From assembly GCA_027604505.1 (NCBI GenBank), contig JADIIX010000081.1, positions 1 to 64,000 of the forward strand: a stretch of DNA of 64,000 nucleotides, read 5' to 3'. A program made the position numbers and the translations under genes. This DNA comes from Gonapodya sp. JEL0774. Its lineage: Eukaryota. The notes below the pieces were generated by a model. It saw only the letters and a program-made list of their open reading frames with translations, was not told the origin of the DNA and did no database searches. This document shows, piece by piece, positions 22,722 to 35,123 of the stretch (position 1 is its first letter; every line of letters begins with the position of its first letter).

Positions 22722-25700
22722 ATGTCTGAACTTTCAGGAAACGGTGGTGGATCGTCAGCAGACACGGCTGGTGGCTCTGGTCTTACACCACCCGAGAGAT
22801 CCAGTCCCAGTGGAAGCACACTACCGCCAACTCCACAGTCAACATCGAACGCAAGCTTGCACAATCTAAACACGATCAACTTTAACTCGAATGTCTCAAC
22901 CACGCCACCCGGTGCTTCAACGCCGCCAAACGCAAGTCAACTGTCCTCCACCCAGAGATCTTCTCGCTCTGCCATTTCCCAGCTCTCGGCCGCCGCACGT
23001 CATCACCGCACATTATCGTCCGCTCAATCTCAGTCCCCTCCGTCGACTCTGGGCACGCCACCGAACCGTTCTCCACCGCAAATGGAGCAGCAACTTCCTT
23101 CCACCCTAACACCAGTCGCGCGCGTTCGCTCCGAACTACCCTCACAGCTACCTCCTGTTCCAGCATCGTTCTCAGACTTCTCGAACGCTGCTCCTGCAGC
23201 CGAGCCGTCTGCCTCTTCCAGCCGAAGTGTCGGGGTGCCGCAACCTCGTCAACCCCTACTGCAATCTTCAATATCCCCAGTTCCACTTTCCACTCGCCCT
23301 CCACAAGCTCCTCCCCCAGTACCACATCCTCTTTCGTCCATCTCACCTTCCTTACCCACCACCCACCGTTCATTCAGACCTCCCCTCTCCACCTCCGCCG
23401 AGTCGCAATCAGCATTGGGACCTTCGAACGTTCCAGGTGTGAAAGACCCTGACACAATATTCTCCTCATCTCTACCTCGTGGGCCGGGACCCGATGACCA
23501 CTCGGCACACCTCAATCGTCACACGAACGGTGCCGGCGTTAGCGGTGCTCGTGGTCAACAAAATCATGATTCTTCGTCTGCAGAAAACGGGACTAGAGAT
23601 GTCGAAGAAGGAGGCGTGAAACCAGTGCACGCTCAAAGGAGGATCAGCACCGCCTCGAGTGGGGTTGCCGCGTGGGCACAGTCCTATGGGCGAAGGTGAG
23701 TGGCGGTATCTAAATAAGTTGTGGTTTCTGAGACGCTTGGGCGGTGGGGTTGTTGAAGTTGTGCGTGCAGATGTTTGGATCAGGCTTCGGTGGAAGGAGT
23801 TGAACACTCAGTGGTTTCTCCAAGATGCCATCCAATTATGTTCAAGCGCGAGACTGAAATTATTACTCTTTGACCAAGGAAATCCGCTCAAACAGGGCGG
23901 TCAAATAGTATTGTCAGCGATTGGTGGACAGTCTACTCGAAAGCTGACTTCTTGTGGATGAGCTTCGGACGCTTTAGCAATCAATCAACTGGTGGAAAAC
24001 TTTTGAAGAATGGAAAAGCATTCTAGGTTGGGTGCTACCGCTCTGTGTTCTGGGACCTTGGAAAATTTGTAGGCAGAAACAGGATGGGAGCGCGAATCAG
24101 GGGATGTTCGCGAACGCGTCCAGGACTCTGGCGTTCACGAGTTCCTGGACTCTCATTTTCTTTAATACGTGGGCGCCAAAGAATAAAGTAGGCGAGGAAG
24201 TTCCAAATTCATTCCCCCTTCTTTCACTGCTAGTATCGCTTTCCGCCTCTCTGCCGCGGACCCGTTCCCCCGCCACTTGTCCTCCTCCCATCGCTCCTCC
24301 GCTGCGTCTTCCGCAGCCACTGGTAACCTCATTTCAGCACACGGGCCCTTGTCGCACTCCCCACCGTCGCAGATTCCGTACGCTACTACGCCATCTAACG
24401 GAAGATATGGAGGCTACGGTTCTACTCCGTCTGCGGCTTCTGTCGCTGCTGCCTCATCAAGGAGGACCAGACGGCAAGTCACGGCCACCAGCACGACGGG
24501 AATCGGGTCGGGCCCCTCGTCGTTTGCTACTTCCTTTGCCCCTCCTGTATCGGAGTCCAACTCCGCGTCCAACTCCGCGTCGGTAACGACCTCGTCGCCG
24601 GCGTTCCCATTCCGCCGGCCGCTCGCCTATCTCACCGACGAGATTCCCTCCTCCTCTGCATCACCTGCAGCTTTATCTCGGCGAACATCCAACAACGCTT
24701 TGCCCCCACTCGGCACGTCGTTGGCAGTGTACCACGACATCGCGCGTAGCTATCGGTCCATTCTCACGCCACACCTGTCCCACGCCCTTATCGACGAGCA
24801 CCACGGTACGCCTGCGCCGTCGGTACGTAGACGGAGCGGTTGGGCTTTCCATCAGAATCGCGAGGAGTATTCAGAGGACGACGAACGGGCACCTCTGGTG
24901 GACGTGGCAGGGAAAGTCGAGTTCGGTTCCCCCGACGGAGAGTATACATACGATGAGGAAGGGGATGGGGACGGCGAAGTTGATCAATACGGTTACTATG
25001 GGGGGAGCGGCGGCGATGATTTCGACCCTCACGGATATGGCGGTGGGGAGGCAAAAAGTACTTTTGGACAGAGTGTGTTCAACAGTAGTAATGTTTTAAT
25101 GGGAATAGGATGTGAGTTCACTGCATTGTTTGATAGGAGGGGATTGGATCAAGCAATCATGTTGTGTTCTTGCATCGTCTTTATCGCCACTCTCCCTTTC
25201 TGCAACACCGTTCCATATTAGTACTGTCTCTCCCCTTTGCTCTCAAGCTATCGGGATGGGTACTCGGTGTTGGGCAGCTAGTGTGAGGATTTGGCTCCTG
25301 GAACCCAACGTCAAGTGAATTCAAATCTCAACTTCTTGTCTCTGTGTCGCAGAGCATATTCGTGTGCCACAAATTATACAGCACGGATTCTGGCGAAGTG
25401 CATGGACTATGATCCTAAGATGAACACATATGCGGACGTGGGCGAAGCAGCGTTTGGGGTTCGTGGTGAGTGATTTGGATTGTTGAAGTGCGCTCCGAGG
25501 AGAAGATGGGCTGACGCTTCCATGGTTTTTTCGTGGGAAGGTCGTATATTTATTTCGGTGCTCTTCAGTGAGTAGTCTTTTGTATTGGCTGGTTGGCCTT
25601 GCTGGTTGCTCATTCGCGCTTCTTCCACTCTCAGTCCTGGAGCTCCTCACTGCATGTATCTCCCTTGTTATCCTCGTTGCGGACAGTCTGGTTGCGCTGT

Positions 25701-27131
25701 TCCCATGGATGGTGCTCGCTTGGGTCAAGATCGCCACATTTGTGGTTGTGTTTCCTCTGACGCTTGGGAGAGGGTTGGGGTGGTTAGCTGGTGGGAGCGT
25801 GGTGGGAGTGTTTGGTAGGTTGGACGAATGAAACCGAGTATCGAATTGGATATCGCTCTGACCCGATTTTTGACGGATCAGCAATTTTGAATTTGATGAT
25901 CATAATTGTTGTCGATGGGTTGTGGAAAACGGACGCACCGGGTTCCTTGTGGAAGCCGGCGGAGACGAGGTACAGAGCTCCCCAAAAGCGGCTTCAGACT
26001 ATATTCTGACTTGATGGTTCTCTCTTGATAGTCTCTGGCCCAGGAAGTGGATGGACGTACCTCTCACCTTCGGCCTCATTATGGCCGGCTTCAGTGGTGT
26101 GTTCTGATGATATTAGCCTCTTGCCCTCACCTTACGCCACGCTCTCTTTGAATAGGTCACTCCGTATTTCCCTCCATATACCGTGATATGGCAGAGCCGT
26201 CAGGATACCCCGCAATGGTTTCCGCGTCGTATGCAATCACGTCCTTTTTCTACTTAAGTATTGCCTCTGTGGGTGAGTTGCGATTCTGGACGTTGCGGGA
26301 CAGCGCAGTGGGAGCGTTTGCTCTCCAACCTGTTCCATTTTCAAGAATTAATTGCTCGTGCGTTGTGTGACGTTTGTAGGATATCTGATGTTTGGTCAGG
26401 CAACAGTTCAAGAGGTGAGACACATATTTCCTTGCCTCTCGTTGGTCCCAGAACTGACAGATTTGATTGATAAGATTACGGTCAATATCGCGGCGATACT
26501 CACCTACCCAACCATCGTCAATAAGATTACTATTTGGCTTGTGAGTTGGATCGTATGGACACGATGCCTAAGACTATGGCGAATCACGATGAATCCTATC
26601 TAGATGATTATCAATCCCATCACGAAATACCCTTTAAATGCTGCGGCGGTCAATCTCAATTTTGAAGGTGAGCTTCCAATGCGTCTTTGCTTCGTTTTGT
26701 AACTCACACACAAACCCTTCTTCTTAATTCTCGGCAGTCCTCATCCTTCCCCGCATGGCAGATGAGGGCTGGCCAATGTGGACGATTTCTCTCGCTAGAT
26801 TTTTAATCCGATTGTCCGTCTCGTTAGTGGTCCTGTTGGTGTCGATTGTTTACCCAGGATTCCATAACGTACTGGCGATTTTGGGAAGCTTTTTCAGTTT
26901 TACGGTGGGCCACCGCTTGCGCGTTTGCTCTTTGTCTTCTCCCACGGCGCTAACACATGAGAGTCTTTGCAGGTCTGTGTGGTGTTCCCATTGTCTTGCT
27001 ACCTGGTGTTGTACCGCGAAACCATTCGCCCCACAGAGCGACTCTTGGTGTGGGTTTTGATATTAATTGGAACAGTGTTGGGACTGGCAGGTACTGTTTG
27101 GGCATTTTTACCTGGCATTGGACAGGATTAG
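22722..27131 (+). CDS. AVT1: Vacuolar amino-acid transporter (Aa_trans/AVT1 family) with long Ser/Pro-rich N-terminus
   Basis: AAWAQSYGR|S across a 538-nt intron 23696-24233. STFGQSVFNSSNVLMGIG; YTARILAKC; TYADVGEAAFG; GHSVFPSIYRDMAEP; NPITKYPL; PGFHNVLAILGSFFSF; ends GTVWAFLPGIGQD-stop 27129-31. Confidence 0.9.
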
Positions 27132-27421
27132 CATCGATCATCACGGGACTACTTGCATGTTGCGTATATATGTTTATCGACACCAAAGGGATTCCGGCAG
27201 GAGAGAAGGAACCAGTCGAAAAGCCAACTGCCTGTTACTCTAAACTTGTAATTATGAGCACTTCTTTACAGCTGATTTCGAGTAAGACACTGCGGTCAAT
27301 ACATAAAAAGGTCATGCAACGGGATTCTCCGAATTCCATCCCCCGATCTTCTGTATCGAGCGAGTCTGTCCATTTTCCCGCTTGCATTCTCCAATCTTCG
27401 CCTTGCGATCATCCTCCTTTG

Positions 27422-30400
27422 ATGGCTGGTCGCACGCCGGTTCCTGTCGCAGCTGCTGAGTCGGTACCATCCAATGGCAAGCAAACTCCTTCGTCTGCAC
27501 AAGGGTTGTTCAGCGGACTGAGAACAAGGTCTCCTGCAGAGATGAAGAGAGACTTGGGGTGGGTCCGTGAGTAGCACGCCGTGAACAGATACAGCGCAAT
27601 TTTGATGTCGGCAATCTTGGCCCCCGACAGCGAATCTCCCAATCCTTATCATGCCGGGATTCATGTCATCGGGCCTGGTAAGTGTGAAAGTCTGTGTGAG
27701 CTCCGCTCAACAAAAATGCTGAACAATCATCCAGGAAGTGAAGGAGAGTGAAGTGCGCCCAAGTTGGGAGGGCTCTCGAATCTGGCTCAGCATTGAAAAG
27801 CTCGGTCTGGGAATCGATTTCAAGGAAGTTTTTTCCTCAAAACAAACGGCCACGACCGCTGTCGCAAGCTCGGCTGCGACCCCGGTTCCCAGCGCGTCTG
27901 CACCTGCGAGCAGGGTTCCCAGTGCTTCATCGTTGCAATCAGCGAGCGCTACTCCGTCCAAAGGAGGTGCCAACGCCATGTCGGTGCTCAGAAGCATTTT
28001 CACGGATATCGGCGACTCTTTCAATCTCGGTGATACCTTTGATGACAACGAAGATGATCTGTAAGCTCGTGTTGAAGAATATCGCTCTTATGTTCTCCTT
28101 CAATCCGAACGATTTTGATCTCTTTGAAGTGATGAATTTTCCGAAGGTACGGCCGTACCTGGTGTGCACAAGCGTGACGATGCCAACGAGAGGATTATGT
28201 CGCGGATGTGGCTCCGCCATGTTGGCCTGCATCCGACCTGTGTTGAGGGCCCCAAAAGCGTTGCAAATGGTGGTGAGGGAAAGATCCATGTGAAGGTGAT
28301 AGAAGGCCTCGAGGGCGTGGATTTCTTACAACCGGGGGCCCTTACGGCTGCTGCGACGTGAGTCGACAGTGGATTGTTGTCCTAGCAGTCATTCTAATTC
28401 ACGTCCCTCATTATTAAGATACGTTTTTGCACCTGTCATAAGAGAATTGAAGATTCTAGGATACACGGAAAAGAATCTTGCTGGCGCCCCATACGATTGT
28501 GAGGCGGCTGCATCTCGAAAGTGTGTTCTAGTAAATATCTAACTCTTATGGGACTTCCGCTTCTCGCAGGGCGATTCCTCCCCAACCACTGCGAGCAAAA
28601 TGACAAGTATTTTACGAAAACTCTCGCATCTATAGAAAAATTAAAGAGGGATAACGGCGGCAAAAAGGTGGTCATTATCGCACATTCCAGTGAGCTTACC
28701 TGCCTAGTCTTTTGCCATATTCATTCCTACGATCTCTGATCTGTTGGGTACTTTTTCCAGTGGGCAATCGTATGGTTCACTACTTCTGCAATTGGGTAAA
28801 CTCGCAACCGGGTCTTGGGAGCAAGTGGCTTGAGGAAAACGTTCACAGTATATATGCTGCCGGTATCGTACTAACGCATCAGTTCGAATTCTCTATGATA
28901 GTGCAGTCAACGGATTTGCTTATAGGTCCTCCGACTTTGGGTTCTTCCAAGAGTGTTCGTTCGGTTGTTACAGGTGACAGCATGGGTCTTCCGTTCCTAA
29001 ACCGCGAGGAGTGTATTTGGTTCGGCAGACATCTGGGATCGTGAGTTCTTCGGCCGGGGTTCTGTTTGTGAAACAAATTGTCACCCTGTGGTTGGATTTA
29101 GGCCTCCGTTTCTCTTCCCCACGCCCGGCTGGGAGATATTGAGTCCCTTCTTCAAGGACCGCAAAGTCGTTTTCACCAGGGTGGAATCGTACTTCAACGT
29201 GACGCTGCATTCCCTCTCTTTCCTCAAAGAGGCTCCTGCATTTCTACCCAAACCAGGTGAAAAGGTTCTAACTAAAGTGCTTTGGCGAGGAAGAAAGGAC
29301 GATCATACTCGTGGTACCATTCTTCGTGCGCTGAAAACTGGTGAAGATGGCAGTCTAGCTGTCTGGGAAGAGACCTTCCAACTCCCAGTCGCACCGCCAG
29401 GGAAGCTCGACCCCAAGGATTCCAACACTCTCACCCTAGAGGTGCGCGACGAGGACATCCGTGGTAACTTGCGCGGCAAGCTGTCGCTGGATCTTACGAA
29501 ACTTATCCTGGCGGTCGTCGGCAAGCCTGAAGCTTTGGTTCGAGGAAAAGAAGTAAAGTTCATGGACAGAAGAACCGTTGATGTTTTCCTCGACGCTGAG
29601 ACGATTCCCGCGCTGGAATACTCAAGAGCTCATCCTGGGAGTAAGAGTTTCGACGGACCCGTCAAAGTCGGAACAATGGTGGTTTCTGCAACGTTTATGC
29701 CAGACGACTATGACCCGAAGGATCCAAACGTGCATGTTGGCTGGACGCGCAAGAAGAACGTAACGGTGGCTTACCGTGGGGTTGACATCTCGGAAATCCT
29801 TCGGGCTGATGGCGCGGTGGCGACAGCGAACTTGCAAGCAATGCTTGAAAACGATCCCTTGTATGGGAAACCGGCGGTGAATGCCCCAGCATCCGCACCC
29901 AAACCATCCCAGGAGGCGGGCAAATCCAGGACGGAAGATGCAATGGTGTGCACACAGGCACCTCCTGGCGTGAAGAAGATCCGATTGGTGTACGGAACTG
30001 GTCGACACACTGAAGTCGCATTTATGCTTCGAAGGAGGTGAGAAAGTGATGATTGCAGTGCAGTCCCAATGAGACCGACGTGTGCCGGATGGTCTGGTTG
30101 CAGAACCACCCGAATCGACTTAGGCCCTCACGATGTGCCTTGGCGACTCCTGAAGTTGGATGTGGACGCGCAGATTCCAGGCTTCAGCTGTCAGAAGGGT
30201 GTTGTTTTTGGTATGTAACGACATGAAAGCGAGGCAATGTGACATCTGAGTTCGATTATGATTCCTACAATATAGAGGACCGTGGAACGCCCCAGAACGA
30301 TCCCGAACTTGGCTCATTGAAGAAATCTGGAGACGGAACTGTGGCGTACGCCTCCCTTCGACACATGATCAATTGGCGAGAGCAGGGGATTGATGTAACT

Positions 30401-30634
30401 GCGCTGGAGATTCCAGGCGCAGAACATCGTGGGATGCTTGACAACGTCTCGTTCTTGGAAGATTTTGTAACGTATGTGGGACAAAAGCCGGCCGTCGAAA
30501 CTTCCGTCAAACTGTCTGCTGCTGAAGAAGTCGGGCGAGGTGTTTCGAAACTTATGGCTTCAGCGGAATCAGCAAAGGAAAAGGCTGGTAAAGCTTTTGA
30601 TAGCATGACTAAGGACATTTTTCACCGGAAGTAA
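27422..30634 (+). CDS. LCAT/PDAT-family (alpha/beta hydrolase) acyltransferase/phospholipase with an inserted C2-like domain
   Basis: PILIMPGFMSSGL; RIWLSIEKL; LGYTEKNLAGAPYDWR; VVIIAHSMGNR (nucleophile); SGDGTVAYASL and AEHRGML (catalytic region). C2-like AVWEETFQLPV...LTLEVRDED...GKLSLDL at ~29190-29520. Confidence 0.85.
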
Positions 30635-30945
30635 ATTATTTGTACTTATTCGATCTAATAAAGGGGTTTTATACACGGATGGTAGCGTTACGTGTGCGTT
30701 TGCGAATCTCGGACGAGGTACGAAGACAGCCAAGGCTTTCTTGAGCCGCGGACATTGCACAGAGTTTACTCTCAAAGAATGAATTGACATCGTTGAGCGT
30801 CACGTGTCAAGCGGGAGACATCGGAGATCAGGGACAAGAGGGTCGCCGATTACCCTTTTGATCTCCCACTCAAAAGCTTTGGTTCTCCATCGGCGGTCTC
30901 GAACTGCAACACCGAAATAGAAGACTAAATCGCTGCTCCGCGGTC

Positions 30946-32095
30946 ATGCAAGGAACTCACCGATTGATTTCAATACTCGCAGTCCTTTTAGCGTCTGCGT
31001 TGTGGAAAGTTGAGGCTCTCGATGTTGATCCAAAAGCCAAGGCTTCACTCGTGACCACATCTGTCTCGTGAGTTCTTCTTCAAATACTGAATGAAGCTGC
31101 GGTGAGAGTCCGATCGGGTGACTGAGTCCATCGTCCTCTTCAACGTGCAGGAACGAGATAATTTTCCAGGCGCGTTATGCATGGGCTGGTGGTTGCCAGG
31201 TCAGCAAACACAACCCTCTTTTTTTTTTTTGGCATTGTTTCTGTCAACTAATTAAACAAATCCCTTCCAATTCCAACAATGCAAGGTCGGCCGCTTGTCT
31301 CTTGATTGGAATTGCGACTCCATCTGTTCAGACAATAGCACCGCGGGAACTAAAGTTCTTGGCGTTCTGAAGAATCCTCTTCGTCAGAACTCATACTCTG
31401 GATTTATCGCAATTCAACCCGACAACAAAACCATCGTGTTCGCAATTCAGGGTACAGAGAGCATCCCCGACGCGATTTCCGACATAGGGCTCCTGCCGTA
31501 CTTTGGCGTTCAATCGCATTTTCCGAAAGCCCCACTCCTTTCAAGTGCACACAGTGGCTTCTGGAATCTTTTTAAAGCGGGAATTCCTTCCTTTCAAGAC
31601 GCTATTGACAACATTCTTCCAAAGTACCCATGGATCAAGCGTATTGTCTTCACTGGCCATTCTCTCGGCGCCATTCAACAAAACCTGAACGCACCATACT
31701 TTCAACCACAACTTGCGGCGAAAGGCTACAAGCTTGAGACGTACGGATTTGCTCCAGCTCGTACCGTCAACGACGTGTTCGCCAAGTACCTGTCCACACT
31801 CCCGGCCTTCTCGGATGACTCGTTCTACCGCATTATTCAGCGACAGGATATCATCCCACGAATCCTTACTCCTTACTTTCCGACCTTCTACACTCATCTT
31901 GGCACCGAATACTACATCAACGTTGCGAAAGCAGGAGACACGTACCCAATATACAAATGTCCAGCTCCGTCCATTGGAGAGGAGAATCAGTATTGTATGA
32001 ATACCGTAACTCCGCTCGAGCTATCACTATTTCCTGGCCATACCGACTATCTTGGCGAGAATTATTATGGCTGCGGGGTTCTTGGTGAGATGTGA
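30946..32095 (+). CDS. Secreted class-3 (filamentous-fungal type) lipase
   Basis: Signal peptide MQGTHRLISILAVLLASALWKVEA; two 5' introns; GFIAIQPDNKTIVFAIQGT; AHSGFW; VFTGHSLGA; DIIPRI; HTDYLG. Confidence 0.9.
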
Positions 32096-32452
32096 AGTCG
32101 CGACAGCAAGTTGTTCTTCTGAAATCAACCACTGCTTTTCACAGCTGTACTACTCGCCAACTTGATACCCTCGTCCTAGAAGTACTAAATAGGAATTCCT
32201 TTTACGAGCTCTCATGAAATAATCGAACAAGTGGGAGCAAGCTTAAATATTAAATATTAAATATTTATTATTTGATCCGCAGAAGCCAACATTCTTGAAG
32301 AAAAGAAAAACAATTCTGTTCAGCGTTCAGTTTGTGCTGTGGAGGCACCCATTCGATTCAGCTCTCCGCCACAAGAACCCACCAACAGACTGTATAAAGG
32401 TGAATGGGAAGTGTGCACGCGTACTCGAAGCACTTCATTCTCCGACGTGTCC

Positions 32453-33755
32453 ATGGAATCATCACAGAAAACAATGTGAGCTTGTTCGCAAGGCATCGTT
32501 GACAACAGTATGACGGAGTTCAATAACTGTGTCCGTTCCATCCAAGTCTCCTGTTTGGCGCAACCGGTCGGATCGCCGGAGCAGCTCTCCGAGCAATGCT
32601 GCAATCCACAGTGGCAGATCGATACACCTTCCGTGCCGCGACTCGGAACCCAACATCTCCCAAGGCAGTCGCCCTAAAAGATTTGGGAGTGGACCTCGTC
32701 AAGGCCGATCTTGGAGATAAAGAATCTATTGAAAAAGCTGTGGTGGGCGTGTGGGGAATCTTCCTTGTGACGGTATGGGCTAAAGGCACTCTTGAAGCGG
32801 AACAGGTCAAGGTCGCGGTTTCCAGTGCCTTGAAAGGAGGTTATCACTAACGATCTCGGAAATACAGGGAACAGCTGTAGCCGACGCGGCACACAGGGCT
32901 GGAGTGGCTTTCTTCGTTTATCTATCTGATCCCCCCCTGGCTGAAAATGTTGTTTTGTGAGTCAATGAGAACCACAACCGACACCGCTTTGTTCCACAAC
33001 TTCTTTTGATTCGCGTTTCTTAGGAACGACAACAAAACCCGTATCGAACATCACATCTCCTCCTTGCCCTGGCCCGTGGGTCATACAATCGTCAGACCTG
33101 CGTTCTTTTTCGAGACCTTTGAATCCTCAAAAGGACTCACCCGTGGCTCTCTCAGCTTCGTTGTATCTCCTGATGTTCGACTACGATGGGTGAGCCTTGC
33201 AGACACTGCCGAATGTATAGCGAGGGTTTTTGGGGAACCACATAAATTCGCGAGCAAGACAATCGATCTGGTGGGTGCGGTGGCTTCTGTGAAGGAGATG
33301 GCCAAGGTATGTGCGCAAATGTTTCATTTGCAGTCCAGATTGTAAGTCACTGAACTGGTTCTTTTGGTGGCCAGACGCTCACGGAGCTCACTGGGGAGCC
33401 ATGGACAGCGTCACGGTTTCCTCCATTGTTCCTCATACGCCTTGTAAGCTCCAACTTACATGGTAAGATTCAGGAGGTTGAGAAGGCAAAAGGACCACCT
33501 GAGGTGCTTCTTTCGTTTCCATTGCACTTTCGCGTCACTGTGTTGCACTGTCTCACAAACCTCTCCCGTTTTTTGCTTGCTCGTCTCTCACAACGCTTGT
33601 TTAAACAGTCTGACCTCTCTCTACTTCGTGAGATCCTTCCAAGTATGCAAACCTTCCGTGAATGGTGCCAAGACAAGGGAGTAGGTCGTGAAGGGGCTGG
33701 TGCATACGTTTACGCGCCGACTTGGTGGGAATGGGTGTTTGGGAGAGCTCTGTGA
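32453..33755 (+). CDS. NmrA/HSCARG-like atypical SDR (NAD(P)-binding)
   Basis: MESSQKTI|LLFGATGRIAGAAL; FRAATRNPTSPKAVALKDLGVDLVKADLGD; HTIVRPAFFFE; WVSLADTA. Confidence 0.88.
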
Positions 33756-34019
33756 GGAAATTCGACAGACTCATAGAGGTATACAACATAGATTATTGTC
33801 AAATGAATCAGAAAGAGTCTTCGAACGATTACAGGTTCCGAATATTGCATTTTGCAATACAAAATTTCGTCCAGAACACTCGATAGAGCACCATCTCCGT
33901 GGAAAACGTCTGTCCGTGTTCCACTGATAGTCCACTATCCCACGAGCAGTGTTCGGCAACTCGGTGCTTCTTGGGAGTGCACCATAGATTCTGAGTGTCT
34001 CGCAAGATAACAACCTCCA

Positions 34020-34069
34020 TTCCGTCCGTTAGATGCTTTTAAGCTTCCGTCCGTTAGATGCTTTTAAGC
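34020..34069. repeat. Perfect 25-bp tandem duplication
   Basis: TTCCGTCCGTTAGATGCTTTTAAGC x2. Confidence 0.95.
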
Positions 34070-34149
34070 TGGATGAGCCCACCGTCGAAAACTGATTTAC
34101 CTCATCGCAAAGCAGCAGAAATTGCCCGGCTCACTGTCTTCCGAGTCAG

Positions 34150-34884
34150 TCACCACATCCAAAGGTAGCACAACCTTGAGTGAGAGTCTGGAGTGGCCCC
34201 ATGACTTCCGCTAGCTTTGCAGACATTGAAATAAGCTCGATTGACGAATGCCCTGCCGAAAACCGACAAAGATGAATGCGCCTTCAGAATTGACCCACTA
34301 CCCCTGATATCAGCGCTCTTGCGAAGCCCACGGGCAATGACTCGCACATAAATATCGGCTAAAAAGAACGGCCAGGCTTCCCGCATTCCCGTGACTGTCA
34401 CACGAAACGCGAGTTCGCTCCAATGTGTCGTGATTCGTACTGTTCTGGGCTCATTGAGACGTATCACATCACCAAAACATCGTTCATAGTGAGTCACATT
34501 CAATTTCCCGTCTTTGATGACCGCCCAGCCCATGGGAAAGGCATGTGCGGTTGATTTTGAAGCGGGTTCGAAACACAAGTATGCAGCGAGCGGTCGCTGT
34601 CCAAAACTTCTTCGAAGCCTGTCTAGCACGGCAACAGAATACCTTACGGGAGGTCTTACTTGATGGCATTGTGGAGTGGTTTTGATTGCGAGTCTGCGGA
34701 ACTGTTGCTCACTGCGCTCCCGACCAAGGGGTCTCGAATCGACATATCCGAGCGTTGCGAAGAACTCTAATCTTAAAAGAAACCCGTCGGGGAAGGAGGG
34801 GTATCCTTCTTGGTGAGCTTCTGTCAGCGGAGTCTTTGCCATGCAAAGGATGATGATGACCAAGATGACGCCCGTCGCAAGCAA
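34150..34884 (-). CDS. Hypothetical protein with hydrophobic N-terminal segment
   Basis: 244-aa ORF not overlapping any other gene; N-terminal GVILVIIILCM; no motif recognised. The start may be in an upstream exon. Confidence 0.35.
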   Translation of the reverse strand: MLATGVILVIIILCMAKTPLTEAHQEGYPSFPDGFLLRLEFFATLGYVDSRPLGRERSEQQFRRLAIKTTPQCHQVRPPVRYSVAVLDRLRRSFGQRPLAAYLCFEPASKSTAHAFPMGWAVIKDGKLNVTHYERCFGDVIRLNEPRTVRITTHWSELAFRVTVTGMREAWPFFLADIYVRVIARGLRKSADIRGSGSILKAHSSLSVFGRAFVNRAYFNVCKASGSHGATPDSHSRLCYLWMW

Positions 34885-35123
34885 GCGAGATCGTGGATGG
34901 TTACATCACGAAAGCCAATAATTTGAATGAAGAAAAAGGATGGAAAAGTTTGCGAGTGTTTTTGTTTGGTCGCCAGCAGCGAGCGGCACAGGTGGGGATG
35001 GCACAAGGAAGTGTGACTCTCCCCAAAGACCACAACCAAGATAACATCACTCTTTATCGGGGCGGTCACTAACCCAAGGGACACCACTTTCTTCAACATA
35101 TAATTAGGGAAAAGGCACCCCTG

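Noticed and set aside
23850..23920. TPP riboswitch in the AVT1 intron
   Set aside because: Only a loose CTGAAATTAT similarity; the conserved GAUCUGGAUAAUACCAGCG-type core is absent.
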